Shown: piece by piece, positions 16,705-27,511 of the stretch | Position numbering within the stretch: the stretch's first letter is position 1 | Layout: every line of letters begins with the position of its first letter | Made by a program: the position numbers and the translations under genes | The notes under the pieces: generated by a model | What the model saw: only the letters and a program-made list of their open reading frames with translations | Databases searched by the model: none | Told to the model about the DNA's origin: nothing | Sequence record: OP168898.1 | Length of the DNA stretch: 64,000 bases | DNA from: Escherichia phage ZCEC14 | Strand: one strand, 5' to 3'

Positions 16705-18683
16705 TGTGATATAGGCTCCAAATCGATAGTTAAGTATTGCGGACGTAAATCATTTTCAAATACAATCAGTGAACCATCACGGGTAAAGATAACATCATCG
16801 GTTGGATCAGAATATAATTCAATAGTCTGAACCTCAAATTTTTCAGATGTTAAATTAATTTTAGCGATATTCCAATAAATCATGTCAGCCGGATAATTTA
16901 TTTCACCGATAACATAGTATTTGTCGCGTCCATCAGAATTTGCTAATTTATTAAAATCATTGCCTGTATATGGCTGAATGTTTTCATTTTCTGTAACATC
17001 GCCAGAAGCAAATGGACCAATAATAACTTTACCAATTCCTTTAGAATCTCGGTCTGTTGATACTATACGAACGTCATATAATACATCTTCTTCTAAACCA
17101 GTATCAGGATTTACAACCTTTCGTCCAGAATTAAATGAAAACGTATTAGATTCCATAGAACGATCTTTTATTTGATTATTGTATTTAATACCTGCTTCAG
17201 GTGTTTTATAGAAGTTTTGTACTTCACGAACCATTTGAATAGTCGCTGATGAACCAATGACAGAATGATCTGCATCATCTACATAAGTTAACATCTTAGA
17301 TTTAGCGAAAGACGAGTTAAAAATTTCTACATCTTCGGTATAATAGCGATCAATTTTATCAATTATTTGACCTTCAAGCCACTGCTCGGATTCTTGCAGT
17401 TTATTTAAAGCATATGTGACTTTTAAATTAGTCTTAATAAAAAGATAATTAGGAGAAATAATTGATGGTGTAATAGGAGCCAAATTATAATCTTTGAGAT
17501 AATTTTTAATATCTTCACGCTGTACGGTAGTTAAATACAGACCTGATTTAGGTTTAGCAGCAATAAATGCATACCCAGGTTTAGTAGAATCAGTGAAAGT
17601 CTGAACTGCCTGAATAATAGAACCGAATCTCTCTGAAACGAATGTATCATAGTCAGTCGCAGTTACGCATCGTTGCTGGGTTTCGCGTTTAATAGTACCC
17701 AATTCGCGAATACGCTCAATATCTTCTGGATCACCGCCTCCATCTGCCCCAACAAAATCTGGGTCACCGTTTGGATTTTCATTAATATTGATGACAGTTA
17801 TATTTGTTAATGTATCTGCGTATGAAAATCCGACTGCTCCGTTCGCGTCAGCACCATTAGTACTAATGTACTCAATAACAATCGTAGAGTTCTGAGTAGG
17901 TTTAAGACCTCCAATATAATTAGCAGTCAAAGCTCCTTCAGAAGCATTAACAGAAATTTCACCTTCGCCAAAATAGAATTCAGTGTTTCCATCAATAGTT
18001 TCACGCATATAATAAATTGTTGATGTAGAACCAGCATGAACCATTGACTTTCTCGTCCAGTTAATCCATTCCGCTCCATCAACATATAATTTAACCTGGT
18101 TTCTATCAATATTTTTATCATAAATGATAATAGGCGTTAATTTATCATAAATGATTTCAGTTCTTACTATACGTCCCTGGGCCAATTTTAAACGCGGAAA
18201 ATATTGGTTATTTTTATCACGAATAGCAATAACGTCTTCAGTAGAAACGAAGTTATATGGATTAACAGAAGTATCTTTTGCATATGCTAAAAAGCGAGTT
18301 CCGCGAGGAATTGTAATGTAATTTCTATTCAATGCGTCTGTACAAGTTAGCATAATTTCAGTTTGAGCAGCTGATTTTGAAGTAGGTAAATATCCGTTAT
18401 CTTGTGCAGCTTGAACAACTGAACTTCGTAAGTTAGCAGTACGCATAAAGCTTTCATATACAGCAGCATTACCAAACTGCTGAATGTACAGCGTATTATA
18501 AGCCAAAAGGTCACACAGAACGTTTAATCTTGAGCCTTCAAAATCATAATCCAAAAATTCATTTTGGCCATTAAGCCATTCAATGAGGTTTTGTTTTATT
18601 TCAGCAAACGTACCCCCGACGAATATCTCGGGAATAGCATTTGCTGTTCTTGTTAATTGATAATTTACAGGGGTATTTGCCAT
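16701..18683 (-). CDS. 6: Baseplate wedge protein gp6
   Basis: 660 aa as T4 gp6; synteny. Confidence 0.85.
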   Translation of the reverse strand: MANTPVNYQLTRTANAIPEIFVGGTFAEIKQNLIEWLNGQNEFLDYDFEGSRLNVLCDLLAYNTLYIQQFGNAAVYESFMRTANLRSSVVQAAQDNGYLPTSKSAAQTEIMLTCTDALNRNYITIPRGTRFLAYAKDTSVNPYNFVSTEDVIAIRDKNNQYFPRLKLAQGRIVRTEIIYDKLTPIIIYDKNIDRNQVKLYVDGAEWINWTRKSMVHAGSTSTIYYMRETIDGNTEFYFGEGEISVNASEGALTANYIGGLKPTQNSTIVIEYISTNGADANGAVGFSYADTLTNITVININENPNGDPDFVGADGGGDPEDIERIRELGTIKRETQQRCVTATDYDTFVSERFGSIIQAVQTFTDSTKPGYAFIAAKPKSGLYLTTVQREDIKNYLKDYNLAPITPSIISPNYLFIKTNLKVTYALNKLQESEQWLEGQIIDKIDRYYTEDVEIFNSSFAKSKMLTYVDDADHSVIGSSATIQMVREVQNFYKTPEAGIKYNNQIKDRSMESNTFSFNSGRKVVNPDTGLEEDVLYDVRIVSTDRDSKGIGKVIIGPFASGDVTENENIQPYTGNDFNKLANSDGRDKYYVIGEINYPADMIYWNIAKINLTSEKFEVQTIELYSDPTDDVIFTRDGSLIVFENDLRPQYLTIDLEPISQ

Positions 18684-18691
18684 TTTAAATC

Positions 18692-18985
18692 CTATTTAAT
18701 GAATACTTTAGATGATGCCTGAGCCACAGTATCACCACATGATATTGGATCAGCCATTTGAACAGCTTTCTTTCCAGTGACATATACCTTAGAAGTTCTG
18801 GGTTGTGTCACTCCGCCATGTGTTTCATATGGCTTTTTAATTTCTGTATGTTCTGTAATTGGATCGCCTGCTACTAGAACAGCAATTCCTCCAGTGAATA
18901 CTTTACTTTGCGTAGCATTCACAACTGTTGGAGGCCATGCTTCATGGCCAGCAGTAACACACTTATCATAGCTTAATCCTGACAT
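18692..18985 (-). CDS. 5.4: Baseplate spike tip protein gp5.4 (PAAR-repeat-like)
   Basis: 97 aa as T4 gp5.4; located between 5 and 6. Confidence 0.8.
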
Positions 18986-19543
18986 TTATTGCCTCTCATA
19001 TACGTAGCTTCTCAATTTATTAGCCCAACGGCTCCAATTTCCAACTATAGTTTTTGTGTAATTTTTAACGAGAGTTTTTCTTATTGGAGCAGGAGGATCC
19101 GTTGGTTCAGTAGTATCAGAAGATGACCTAGAATTACTGCCAGAACCTCCAGATTCACTTTGTTCTTGGTAGTCATATATTAATGTTACTTCATAAGTGA
19201 ATGTCTTCTGGAGGTTTTGAGGAGCTTTCCATAGATATAACTGAGTATTAGAATCAGTTGGAAGGTCTTCCCATGAAGCAGCAGTTTTAAATTCATTATC
19301 TAAACGATATTTCAATGCGTCATTTCCAAATCCAAATACAGATTCATATGTTCCATATAAGCGATTTTCTTCTACTAAAACCCCAGGAGTTTCTTCGTAA
19401 CTAGTTATATTTATAGATACTAACGTTTCACCTGTTTCTAATTGAGCGGTAAAGGTGACGTCGATAGAAGAACCTTCCATGGATTCTCCTAAATCAGCGC
19501 TCATTGGAAGTATATTAGCCAATGTCAATCCTCGATCCATCAA
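18986..19543 (-). CDS. Hypothetical protein, gp5.1-like
   Basis: 185-aa ORF between gene 5 and 5.4; start overlaps 3' end of gene 5 so true start may be an internal Met. Confidence 0.55.
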
Positions 19544-21242
19544 TTGTGTATTGACCAGATGAAATAGAACTCATAGATGCCATTTTTTCTGTCCAATCAC
19601 CACCAACGTCCCAATCAACTGTTCCAGCAACTTTCCAAGAAAGATTTCCATTTACTGTATTAGTCTGATTTCCTTCAACTAAAGTGGTAGCATCTCCTTT
19701 AACTGTAATGTCAGCATTACCTTCAACTACAATAGTAACATTACCTTTAACTAGGATAGTTCCATTACCTTCAACCGTCTTAGTTTCATCGCCACGTACA
19801 AATATTGTATTGCTTCCATCTATTTGGTGAAGACGATTATCCATGTTGTAATAAATTTCTGATCCACCGACGTTAGTCTTTTTATCACCGGCTACCAAAA
19901 AATTACCATCAGCGTTGGTTATATCATACAAATTATCAACAGTTTTTCTTGTTCTTCTTCCTGACGGTGATACTTCTTCATAAGTTCCAGTTGGATGAAC
20001 TAATCTATATCGTTCTTGCCCAGGGGTATCATCAAATTCTTGGATATGTCCGCTTTCAGTTTCCATTGTATGCACATAAGGATATTCACCCTTATATGAA
20101 GAAACTGGCTCTTTAAATAAAATTCTCGAGTCATTTGGAATAGGAGGGTCAGCAGGGTCAGAAGATTTAGCTACAGTAGCAGCCATTGCTGATAAAGACC
20201 TAGCTGGGGTTTTCACTTCAACACCATATGATTCCAAATTTCCCGTAAGAATAATCATGGTAACACGGGATGCACGGCCTTTTGTTTGTTGATACCACAA
20301 TGAATCACGACCAGCTTTATATGCTTTTTCCCAATCTCCTGTTAACATAGCAGTTAACATTGTGTTAAATTTAGCTACACCACCAACACCCATCTGAAAT
20401 GCCATATTTTCTAATGCCATTTGACGAGAACGGTTGACAGCTTGCCAGACTGGTCCTACTTTAGAATGTGATTTAATGTCACGTTGCATATCAGCCAAAT
20501 CACGCTCAAATAAAGTCGTCGCCTCTTCCATTGTAATAGAACCTGGATTTCCTGTAATTTCACGACCAACTTGTTTTGATAAAACTTTATTAATTTGAGC
20601 CATATCACGAACTGGCTGCTTCATAATAAGATGACCAATACCAATTGTCGGATATCCTTCTGTATCCCAATAAACTTTTAGTCTTAATCCTTCATCACGG
20701 CGAAGCATTTCAGCCATTGACATATTTGGATTATCATCAGTTGGAATTTCTGATAGTGGTCTATCATCTGGATTTATTGCAGTGTCTAGATTGCTATCTT
20801 GGATAATGTTAGAAGACGAATCATATCCTACTTCTCCGCCTTGGTTTAATACGTTAGTATCATTTCCTAGACGTCTAGGATACTGTCCAGTTGGGTCAGA
20901 AAATCCTTCAAGTCTATTAGGTTTTTCGCGAACTATCCCGCCATACGTGCCAAGGACAATTCCGTTAGTTTTCCATTTGTCTAAAAAATGACCATAAACT
21001 CTAGTTCCTTCTACCGGACCAGTAACGGAGCCTCCAATTCCAGACATTGCTGCAGAAGTTATAGGTTGAATAACTGACATCCATGGTAATTTATCAGTTG
21101 GAATACCCATTACATCACCTTGTGCTCTTTGAGGCGGATGCAGACCAACCACACGAACACGAACACGACCTAATTTTAATGGGTCCATTCTATCTTCAAC
21201 AACACCAACAAACCAATTGAGGTTATTACTTATCATTTCCAT
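19515..21242 (-). CDS. 5: Baseplate hub / cell-puncturing device with tail lysozyme domain gp5
   Basis: 575 aa as T4 gp5; internal lysozyme motif EMLRRDEGLRLKVYWDTEGYPTIGIGHLI; C-terminal VxGxxxxxV beta-helix repeats. Confidence 0.95.
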   Translation of the reverse strand: MEMISNNLNWFVGVVEDRMDPLKLGRVRVRVVGLHPPQRAQGDVMGIPTDKLPWMSVIQPITSAAMSGIGGSVTGPVEGTRVYGHFLDKWKTNGIVLGTYGGIVREKPNRLEGFSDPTGQYPRRLGNDTNVLNQGGEVGYDSSSNIIQDSNLDTAINPDDRPLSEIPTDDNPNMSMAEMLRRDEGLRLKVYWDTEGYPTIGIGHLIMKQPVRDMAQINKVLSKQVGREITGNPGSITMEEATTLFERDLADMQRDIKSHSKVGPVWQAVNRSRQMALENMAFQMGVGGVAKFNTMLTAMLTGDWEKAYKAGRDSLWYQQTKGRASRVTMIILTGNLESYGVEVKTPARSLSAMAATVAKSSDPADPPIPNDSRILFKEPVSSYKGEYPYVHTMETESGHIQEFDDTPGQERYRLVHPTGTYEEVSPSGRRTRKTVDNLYDITNADGNFLVAGDKKTNVGGSEIYYNMDNRLHQIDGSNTIFVRGDETKTVEGNGTILVKGNVTIVVEGNADITVKGDATTLVEGNQTNTVNGNLSWKVAGTVDWDVGGDWTEKMASMSSISSGQYTIDGSRIDIG

Positions 21243-21816
21243 AAGATTTCTCCATTATACGTATAAGGTCGTTCATAAATGAATTGATGTCTGATTTTGC
21301 TATTATTTTTATTTGACGAAGTTTTTCATTTTCAAGAACAGCCGCTTCATACGTATCGACCGCAGCAAGTGCTCCTTCATATTGAGGATATTTTCTAGCT
21401 TTATCGCCTTTGTCATACCAAACATGTGGATTATCATCGTATGATACTAAATTATAAAATTTTTCACCATTCTCATTCACGTGATATACTATTTGGTCTC
21501 CACCTACATTTTTGTATTTTTGTATAGATGCTTGATAAGCTGCTTCTTGTGAAGTAATCCATCCATAATATGGATCATAATTATCATTACACATCAATAA
21601 AACCCAATACAACTGCGGATTTCCATATATAGCATTTGCTAATTCTTCCGGGCGTGGTGAACCTTTGATATAATAAGTACGTAAGCGGTATCCCGCAAGA
21701 GCACGTTTAAAATAGTCTTTATAGTTTCTAAAAATATCTGTCATAGGAATAGTCGGCGCGTTTTTATTCACCGTTTTGGCCGCATATTCAATCGGATCAA
21801 AAAATGTAAAGAGCAT
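21226..21816 (-). CDS. 53: Baseplate wedge protein gp53
   Basis: 196 aa as T4 gp53; RBS AGGAGG and late promoter upstream. Confidence 0.85.
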   Translation of the reverse strand: MLFTFFDPIEYAAKTVNKNAPTIPMTDIFRNYKDYFKRALAGYRLRTYYIKGSPRPEELANAIYGNPQLYWVLLMCNDNYDPYYGWITSQEAAYQASIQKYKNVGGDQIVYHVNENGEKFYNLVSYDDNPHVWYDKGDKARKYPQYEGALAAVDTYEAAVLENEKLRQIKIIAKSDINSFMNDLIRIMEKSYGNDK

Positions 21817-21829
21817 GGGCCCTCCTGTT

Positions 21830-21837
21830 TATAAATA
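21830..21837 (+). promoter_or_regulatory. T4 late promoter (TATAAATA) for gene 4
   Basis: TATAAATA at 21830-21837, 27 bp before ATG 21864. Confidence 0.65.
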
Positions 21838-21844
21838 TATTATC

Positions 21845-21852
21845 TATTTATA
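21845..21852 (-). promoter_or_regulatory. T4 late promoter (TATAAATA) for gene 53
   Basis: Reverse complement of TATTTATA at 21845-21852, about 29 bp upstream of gene 53 start. Confidence 0.6.
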
Positions 21853-21863
21853 AGGAGAATCCA

Positions 21864-22316
21864 ATGGCATATTCTGGAAAATGGGTTCCTAAAAATATAT
21901 CAAAATATAGAGGTGACCCTAAAAAAATTACGTATAGATCAAATTGGGAAAAATTCTTTTTTGAATGGTTAGATAAAAATCCAGAAATTATTGCATGGGG
22001 TAGTGAAACAGCAGTAATTCCTTATTTTTGTAATGCAGAAGGGAAAAAACGTAGATACTTCATGGATATTTGGATGAAAGATTCTTCTGGACAAGAATTT
22101 TTTATTGAAATAAAACCTAAAAAAGAAACACAACCACCAGTTAAACCGGCACATCTAACAACTGCAGCGAAGAAAAGATTTATGAATGAAATTTATACAT
22201 ATTCTGTTAATACTGACAAATGGAAAGCAGCACAATCTTTAGCTGAAAAGCGTGGAATAAAATTTAGAATTCTAACAGAAGATGGATTACGAGCTCTTGG
22301 CTTTAAGGGGGCATAA
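21864..22316 (+). CDS. 4: Head completion protein gp4
   Basis: 150 aa as T4 gp4; late promoter TATAAATA 27 bp upstream; RBS AAGGAG. Confidence 0.85.
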
Positions 22317-23140
22317 TGGCTATTTTTCAAATAATTAATGAAAGCACTCCCCAAGTTCCAAAGGTTAAGCAATCATTAAACGAGAAGAAATGGATTCAGA
22401 TAGGTCTTGAATATAAAAAGGCCAAAGCAAAAGGAATGACAGGAAAGCAATTTGCTGAAGAAAGAGGAATCAAATACTCTACGTTTACTTCAGCAATGTC
22501 AAAATATGCTTCAGGAATTAAAACGGCTGAAAAGATTCAAAAGCTTGAATCAAAACCAATGAATAAACTCAATAAGCAAGAAAGACAACTGCTTATGATA
22601 AATTCATTCAGACAAACATTGCGTGATAAAATTCGTAATGAAGGTGCAGCAATTAATAATAAAACCAGAAAGTGGTTTGCTGAAACTATTAAGCAAGTAA
22701 AAGGACATAAAGTTGTTCGCCCGCAGCCGGGACGAATATATGCTTTTGCTTATGATGCTAAACACAAGGAAACTCTTCCTTACTGGGATAAATTTCCTTT
22801 GATAATTTACCTTGGTTTAGGTAAGCATAATTTAATGTACGGATTAAACTTGCACTATATTCCACCTAAAGCTCGTCAGCAATTCCTAGAAGAGCTTTTA
22901 AAGCAATATGCAAATACACCTACTATTACTAATAAAACGAAATTAAAAATTGATTGGAGTCAAGTGAAAGGATTTAGGGGTGCAGACCAAATGATTAAGG
23001 CATATATACCTGGTAATATTATGGGTAGCCTTGTTGAAATCGCCCCGAAAGACTGGGCGAACGTTGTGTTGATGCCACTTCAGCAGTTCGTTTCAAAAGG
23101 AAAACGTTTCTCTGCAAACAAAGTCTGGTCAAATATCTAA
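22316..23140 (+). CDS. 2: DNA end protector protein gp2
   Basis: 274 aa as T4 gp2; synteny. Confidence 0.85.
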
Positions 23141-23246
23141 TTCTATTATCTTCCATTCTTTTCTGTTGTTTGTTCTAAATGAAATTGAATGGAAGGGACT
23201 TAGACCCATTATACCACCAACAGTTATAAAGCATTATGAGGAATAT

Positions 23247-23777
23247 ATGTCGCAAGCTCTGCAACAAATTTTTAACCAAGCAAATACAACTAACTTTGTA
23301 GTATCAATACCACATAGTAATACTACATCTGCTTTTACTTTAAATGCTCAGTCAGTTCCTATTCCAGGAATTAGAATACCTGTTACTGATACCGTGACTG
23401 GGCCGTTTGGACTGGGCCGAGCACAACGTCCAGGTGTTACATTCGAGTATGATCCACTCATTGTGAGATTTATAGTTGATGAAGAACTTAAGTCGTGGAT
23501 AGGAATGTATGAATGGATGCTAGGAACTAGCAACTATCTTACAGGTGAAAATACTGCTCAAAAAACAGGTCCTGAATACATTACGCTTTACATCTTAGAT
23601 AATAGCAAAACTGAAATCGTGATGTCAATAAATTTTTATAAGCCTTGGGTTTCTGACCTGTCTGAAGTAGAATTTAGCTACACAGAAGATTCAGACCCGG
23701 CTTTAGTATGTACAGCAACGATTCCTTATACGTATTTTCAAGTAGAAAAAGATGGCAAAATTATAGCAGAAGTTTAA
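23247..23777 (+). CDS. 3: Tail completion and sheath stabilizer protein gp3
   Basis: 176 aa from ATG 23247 (T4 gp3 length); the longer ORF-track start at 23166 is probably not used. Confidence 0.75.
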   Translation: MSQALQQIFNQANTTNFVVSIPHSNTTSAFTLNAQSVPIPGIRIPVTDTVTGPFGLGRAQRPGVTFEYDPLIVRFIVDEELKSWIGMYEWMLGTSNYLTGENTAQKTGPEYITLYILDNSKTEIVMSINFYKPWVSDLSEVEFSYTEDSDPALVCTATIPYTYFQVEKDGKIIAEV

Positions 23778-23801
23778 TGCTTCAGTTTCATGTGTTATAA
23801 T
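23778..23801 (+). promoter_or_regulatory. Candidate MotA-dependent middle promoter for gene 1
   Basis: MotA-box-like TGCTTCA at 23778-23784 and TATAAT at 23796-23801. Confidence 0.4.
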
Positions 23802-23826
23802 CTTAACTAAATTTGAGGAGAAACAT

Positions 23827-24551
23827 ATGAAACTAATCTTTTTAAGTGGTGTAAAGCGTAGTGGAAAAGATACTACTGCAGATTTTATCATGAATAATTA
23901 TTCTGCAGCTAAATATCAACTTGCTGGTCCTATTAAAGATGCATTGGCTTATGCATGGGGCGTGTTTGCTGCAAACACTGACTATCCTTGCTTAACTCGT
24001 AAAGAGTTTGAAGGAATTGACTATGATCGTGAGACTAATTTAAATCTGACTAAATTAGAAGTAATCACGATTATGGAACAAGCATTTTGCTATCTTAATG
24101 GTAAAAGCCCAATTAAGGGTGTGTTTGTTTTTGATGACGAAGGACAAGAATCAGTTAATTCCGTAGCATTTAACAAGATTATTGACGTTATAAATAATAT
24201 TGAAGATCAATGGTCAGTCCGTCGTCTGATGCAAGCCCTAGGTACGGATTTGATTGTTAATAACTTCGACCGCATGTATTGGGTAAAATTATTTGCTTTA
24301 GATTATCTTGATAAATTTAACTCAGGTTATGATTATTATATCGTTCCTGATACCCGTCAAGATCATGAAATGGATGCGGCTAGGGCGATGGGTGCTACAG
24401 TAATTCATGTAGTTCGTCCTGGTCAAAAATCCAATGATACACATATTACAGAAGCTGGATTGCCAATTCGTGATGGCGATTTAGTAATTACAAACGATGG
24501 TTCTCTTGAAGAACTTTTTTCTAAAATTAAAAATACACTAAAGGTACTATA

Positions 24552-24552
<1 letters not shown>
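23827..24552 (+). CDS. 1: Deoxynucleoside monophosphate kinase
   Basis: 241 aa as T4 gp1; P-loop GVKRSGKDT; middle-promoter-like motif upstream. Confidence 0.9.
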
Positions 24553-25237
<685 letters not shown>

Positions 25238-25249
25238 TTTCACAAAGTT

Positions 25250-25282
25250 GTTTACATACTGATGAGGTAGTGATACTATTAT
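25250..25282 (+). promoter_or_regulatory. T4-type early promoter (GTTTACA -35, TGATACTAT -10-like)
   Basis: GTTTACA at 25250-25256, -10-like at 25271-25279, followed by RBS and ATG 25310. Confidence 0.6.
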
Positions 25283-25309
25283 CTCATCAAAATTAATTAG
25301 GAAAATAAA

Positions 25310-25618
25310 ATGAAAACATTTAAAGAATTTATCAATGAAGCGGCTGCGCCAAAGACATTCGTTATTAATACTCAGACGAGTCTTGACGATGAGTATGCAG
25401 AGGCAATTCTGAAGTCACTTGCTAAGAACGGCGTTGAAGTAATCGCTTCGGACTTTAAGAAAGGGGCTTCCGAGATGTTTATTTCTATAACTAAAGGATC
25501 TAAAGCTAAGATCAAATCATCATTCGGAGTTGCTCGTACCGATCAAATCGACAATCATGACTTTAAACAAACTGGCGTTAAACGGCAGAACACAATTGCA
25601 TCACGCGGAATAAAATAG
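25310..25618 (+). CDS. Internal-protein-like ORF with capsid targeting leader (MKTFKEFINEA)
   Basis: N-terminal leader resembles T4 ip CTS MKTYQEFIAEA; basic 102-aa protein; cassette promoter upstream. Confidence 0.7.
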   Translation: MKTFKEFINEAAAPKTFVINTQTSLDDEYAEAILKSLAKNGVEVIASDFKKGASEMFISITKGSKAKIKSSFGVARTDQIDNHDFKQTGVKRQNTIASRGIK

Positions 25619-25627
25619 TTTATAAAC

Positions 25628-25658
25628 CGTTTACTTTTAGATGGGGTAGTGATACTAT
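25628..25658 (+). promoter_or_regulatory. T4-type early promoter (cassette copy 2)
   Basis: GTTTAC 25628-25633 and GTGATACTATTACCCTATCAACTACTGAGGAGAATAAAATG module. Confidence 0.6.
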
Positions 25659-25686
25659 TACCCTATCAACTACTGAGGAGAATAAA

Positions 25687-25910
25687 ATGAAAACATCTAA
25701 AGAATTTATTGTAGAAGCTAAAAGACGCGAAGACGAACTGCCTTTTGTTTCAAAAACCTTTGATGGAACATTGTCTGATTTTAAAAAATTCCTAATGATA
25801 AACTTGCTAAATTGGTTGGTTCTATCAGTGAAAAAGGTGGCAAGGTCACATTTTCTGCTCAAGGTGTTGCCAATCTTAAAAAACTTTTGAAAGCCGCTGG
25901 TGTTGAATAA
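25687..25910 (+). pseudogene. CTS-leader gene (MKTSKEFIVEA) interrupted by a -1 frameshift at an A6 run
   Basis: Frame 1 ORF 25687-25890 ends in low-complexity tail; frame 0 from 25785 to stop 25908-25910 encodes KIPNDKLAKLVGSISEKGGKVTFSAQGVANLKKLLKAAGVE; A7 instead of A6 at 25783-25788 would fuse them. Confidence 0.55.
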
Positions 25911-25916
25911 ATCGTT

Positions 25917-25947
25917 TACATAGGGTTTTAGTTGTGATACTATTACC
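25917..25947 (+). promoter_or_regulatory. T4-type early promoter (cassette copy 3)
   Basis: GTTTACA 25917-25923, TGATACTAT -10-like, same RBS module before ATG 25972. Confidence 0.6.
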
Positions 25948-25971
25948 CTATCAACTACTGAGGAGAATAAA

Positions 25972-26157
25972 ATGAAACGTTGTGAATTAATTCGAAATGT
26001 TGCTATTGCAATTTCTGCTTCCGCTTTTAGTTTTTCAATGTTTGTTGGATTTATATGTGGATTATTAACTACAGCAGAAAATGTGTTTTCACTTGTAGTA
26101 GCATTTTTAATTGGTTTAATTGCTATCGTTATGGATAAAATTTCTAAAGGTGAATAG
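25972..26157 (+). CDS. Small hydrophobic membrane protein (61 aa)
   Basis: Two predicted TM segments; driven by the cassette promoter/RBS but lacks the CTS leader. Confidence 0.55.
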   Translation: MKRCELIRNVAIAISASAFSFSMFVGFICGLLTTAENVFSLVVAFLIGLIAIVMDKISKGE

Positions 26158-26158
26158 A

Positions 26159-26539
26159 ATGTATAAAGTGTACGCGGATTATCAGGCTAATCCATCTGAA
26201 AAGCCAGGTTGTCAAATTGGATGGGCTCATGATACTTTACTTGAAGCAGTAGATGCTGCTCAAAAATTGGGATATAAATATGTAGAGATTGTTCAACCGT
26301 CAGGAAAAGTTATTACTCTTGAAGAGTTCAATAACATTAAACCGAACTTTTTACTTTTTGCAGGTGATAATTATTATCCTCGTGGTGGATATGCTGATTT
26401 AATCGCGAAAGCCGCCACTGAAGATGAACTCCGTGACATTATCAAAGAAAATGAAAACAAACCAGATTATGGTTCCAATCGCTTTGATTGGTGGCAAATT
26501 GTAAATGCCAATACGCATACTATTGTTGATGAAGGTTGA
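26159..26539 (+). CDS. Hypothetical protein (126 aa)
   Basis: ATG 26159 immediately after stop of preceding ORF; ORF-track start at 26120 overlaps upstream gene. Confidence 0.55.
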   Translation: MYKVYADYQANPSEKPGCQIGWAHDTLLEAVDAAQKLGYKYVEIVQPSGKVITLEEFNNIKPNFLLFAGDNYYPRGGYADLIAKAATEDELRDIIKENENKPDYGSNRFDWWQIVNANTHTIVDEG

Positions 26540-26829
26540 TAATGATTCTTTATGCTAAAGTATCGTCTATTGAAAATGGATATAAATATGATCAAGACGC
26601 GGCTAAAGCCTTGATTGATGATTATGGCATTTTAACATGTTTTGAAGTTGAAAAAGTTTATATTGACCGTTCATCTTCTCAAGTTAAATTAGTGAAAGAA
26701 GACCGTAAATTTAACACAGTTAACTTTGATTTCTTTATTGAAACGGAAAAAGGTCCTCTTGAATATGATATTTTCAAGAATCCTTTGGGTCTTGAATGTA
26801 TCGTAAATACGTATCATCATAAATGGTAA
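26536..26829 (+). CDS. Hypothetical protein (97 aa)
   Basis: ATGA start/stop overlap with preceding ORF; phage-like codon usage. Confidence 0.55.
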   Translation: MIMILYAKVSSIENGYKYDQDAAKALIDDYGILTCFEVEKVYIDRSSSQVKLVKEDRKFNTVNFDFFIETEKGPLEYDIFKNPLGLECIVNTYHHKW

Positions 26830-26926
26830 ATATGCTTTAAGAATTATTTGTTATTATTAACTCATACCGCACTGATTAATACCCTCTATCATCAAGGGTT
26901 CTTGTTTGAGAGCCTTTGTTAATAAT

Positions 26927-26999
26927 TGGGAATTAGCCAAGTTGGTAAGGCACTGGATTTTGATTCCAGGATGCAAAGGTTCGAGTCCTTTATTCCCAG
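26927..26999 (+). tRNA. tRNA-Gln (anticodon UUG)
   Basis: Acceptor TGGGAAT/ATTCCCA, anticodon loop TTTTGAT, T-arm GGTTCGAGTCC. Confidence 0.85.
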
Positions 27000-27000
27000 C

Positions 27001-27087
27001 GCGAGAATGGTCAAATTGGTAAAGGCACAGCACTTAAAATGCTGCGGAATGATTTCCTTGTGGGTTCGAGTCCCACTTCTCGCACCA
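27001..27087 (+). tRNA. tRNA-Leu (anticodon UAA), class II with long variable arm, CCA encoded
   Basis: Acceptor GCGAGAA/TTCTCGC, anticodon loop CTTAAAA, T-arm GGTTCGAGTCC, 3' ACCA. Confidence 0.85.
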
Positions 27088-27092
27088 AATTT

Positions 27093-27166
<74 letters not shown>

Positions 27167-27176
27167 ATTTAATTTA

Positions 27177-27250
27177 CTCCGTGTAGCTCAGTTTGGTAGA
27201 GCGCCTGATTTGGGATCAGGAGGTCCAAGGTTCAAATCCTTGTATGGAGA
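27177..27250 (+). tRNA. tRNA-Pro (anticodon UGG)
   Basis: D-arm TAGCTCAGTTTGGTAGAGC, anticodon loop TTTGGGA, T-arm GGTTCAAATCC; no encoded CCA. Confidence 0.8.
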
Positions 27251-27252
27251 CT

Positions 27253-27342
27253 GGAGGCGTGGCAGAGTGGTTTAATGCACCGGTCTTGAAAACCGGCAGT
27301 CGCTCCGGCGACTCATAGGTTCAAATCCTATCGCCTCCGCCA
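27253..27342 (+). tRNA. tRNA-Ser (anticodon UGA), class II, CCA encoded
   Basis: Acceptor GGAGGCG/CGCCTCC, anticodon loop CTTGAAA, long variable arm, T-arm GGTTCAAATCC. Confidence 0.85.
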
Positions 27343-27347
27343 GTTTT

Positions 27348-27423
27348 GCTGATTTAGCTCAGTAGGTAGAGCAACTCACTTGTAATGAGAAGGTCGGCGG
27401 TTCGATTCCGTCAATCAGCACCA
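27348..27423 (+). tRNA. tRNA-Thr (anticodon UGU)
   Basis: Acceptor GCTGATT/AATCAGC, anticodon loop CTTGTAA, T-arm GGTTCGATTCC, 3' ACCA. Confidence 0.85.
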
Positions 27424-27424
27424 A

Positions 27425-27499
27425 GGCCCTGTAGCTGGAAGGTTCAAGCAAGCGACTCATAATCGCCAGATGGTGGTTCAATTCCACCCAGGGCCACCA
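27425..27499 (+). tRNA. tRNA-Ile (anticodon CAU, presumably lysidine-modified; tRNA-Met not excluded)
   Basis: Acceptor GGCCCTG/CAGGGCC, anticodon loop CTCATAA, T-arm GGTGGTTCAATTCCACC, 3' ACCA; position matches T4 tRNA-Ile. Confidence 0.7.
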
Positions 27500-27511
27500 A
27501 ATTATGAATTA

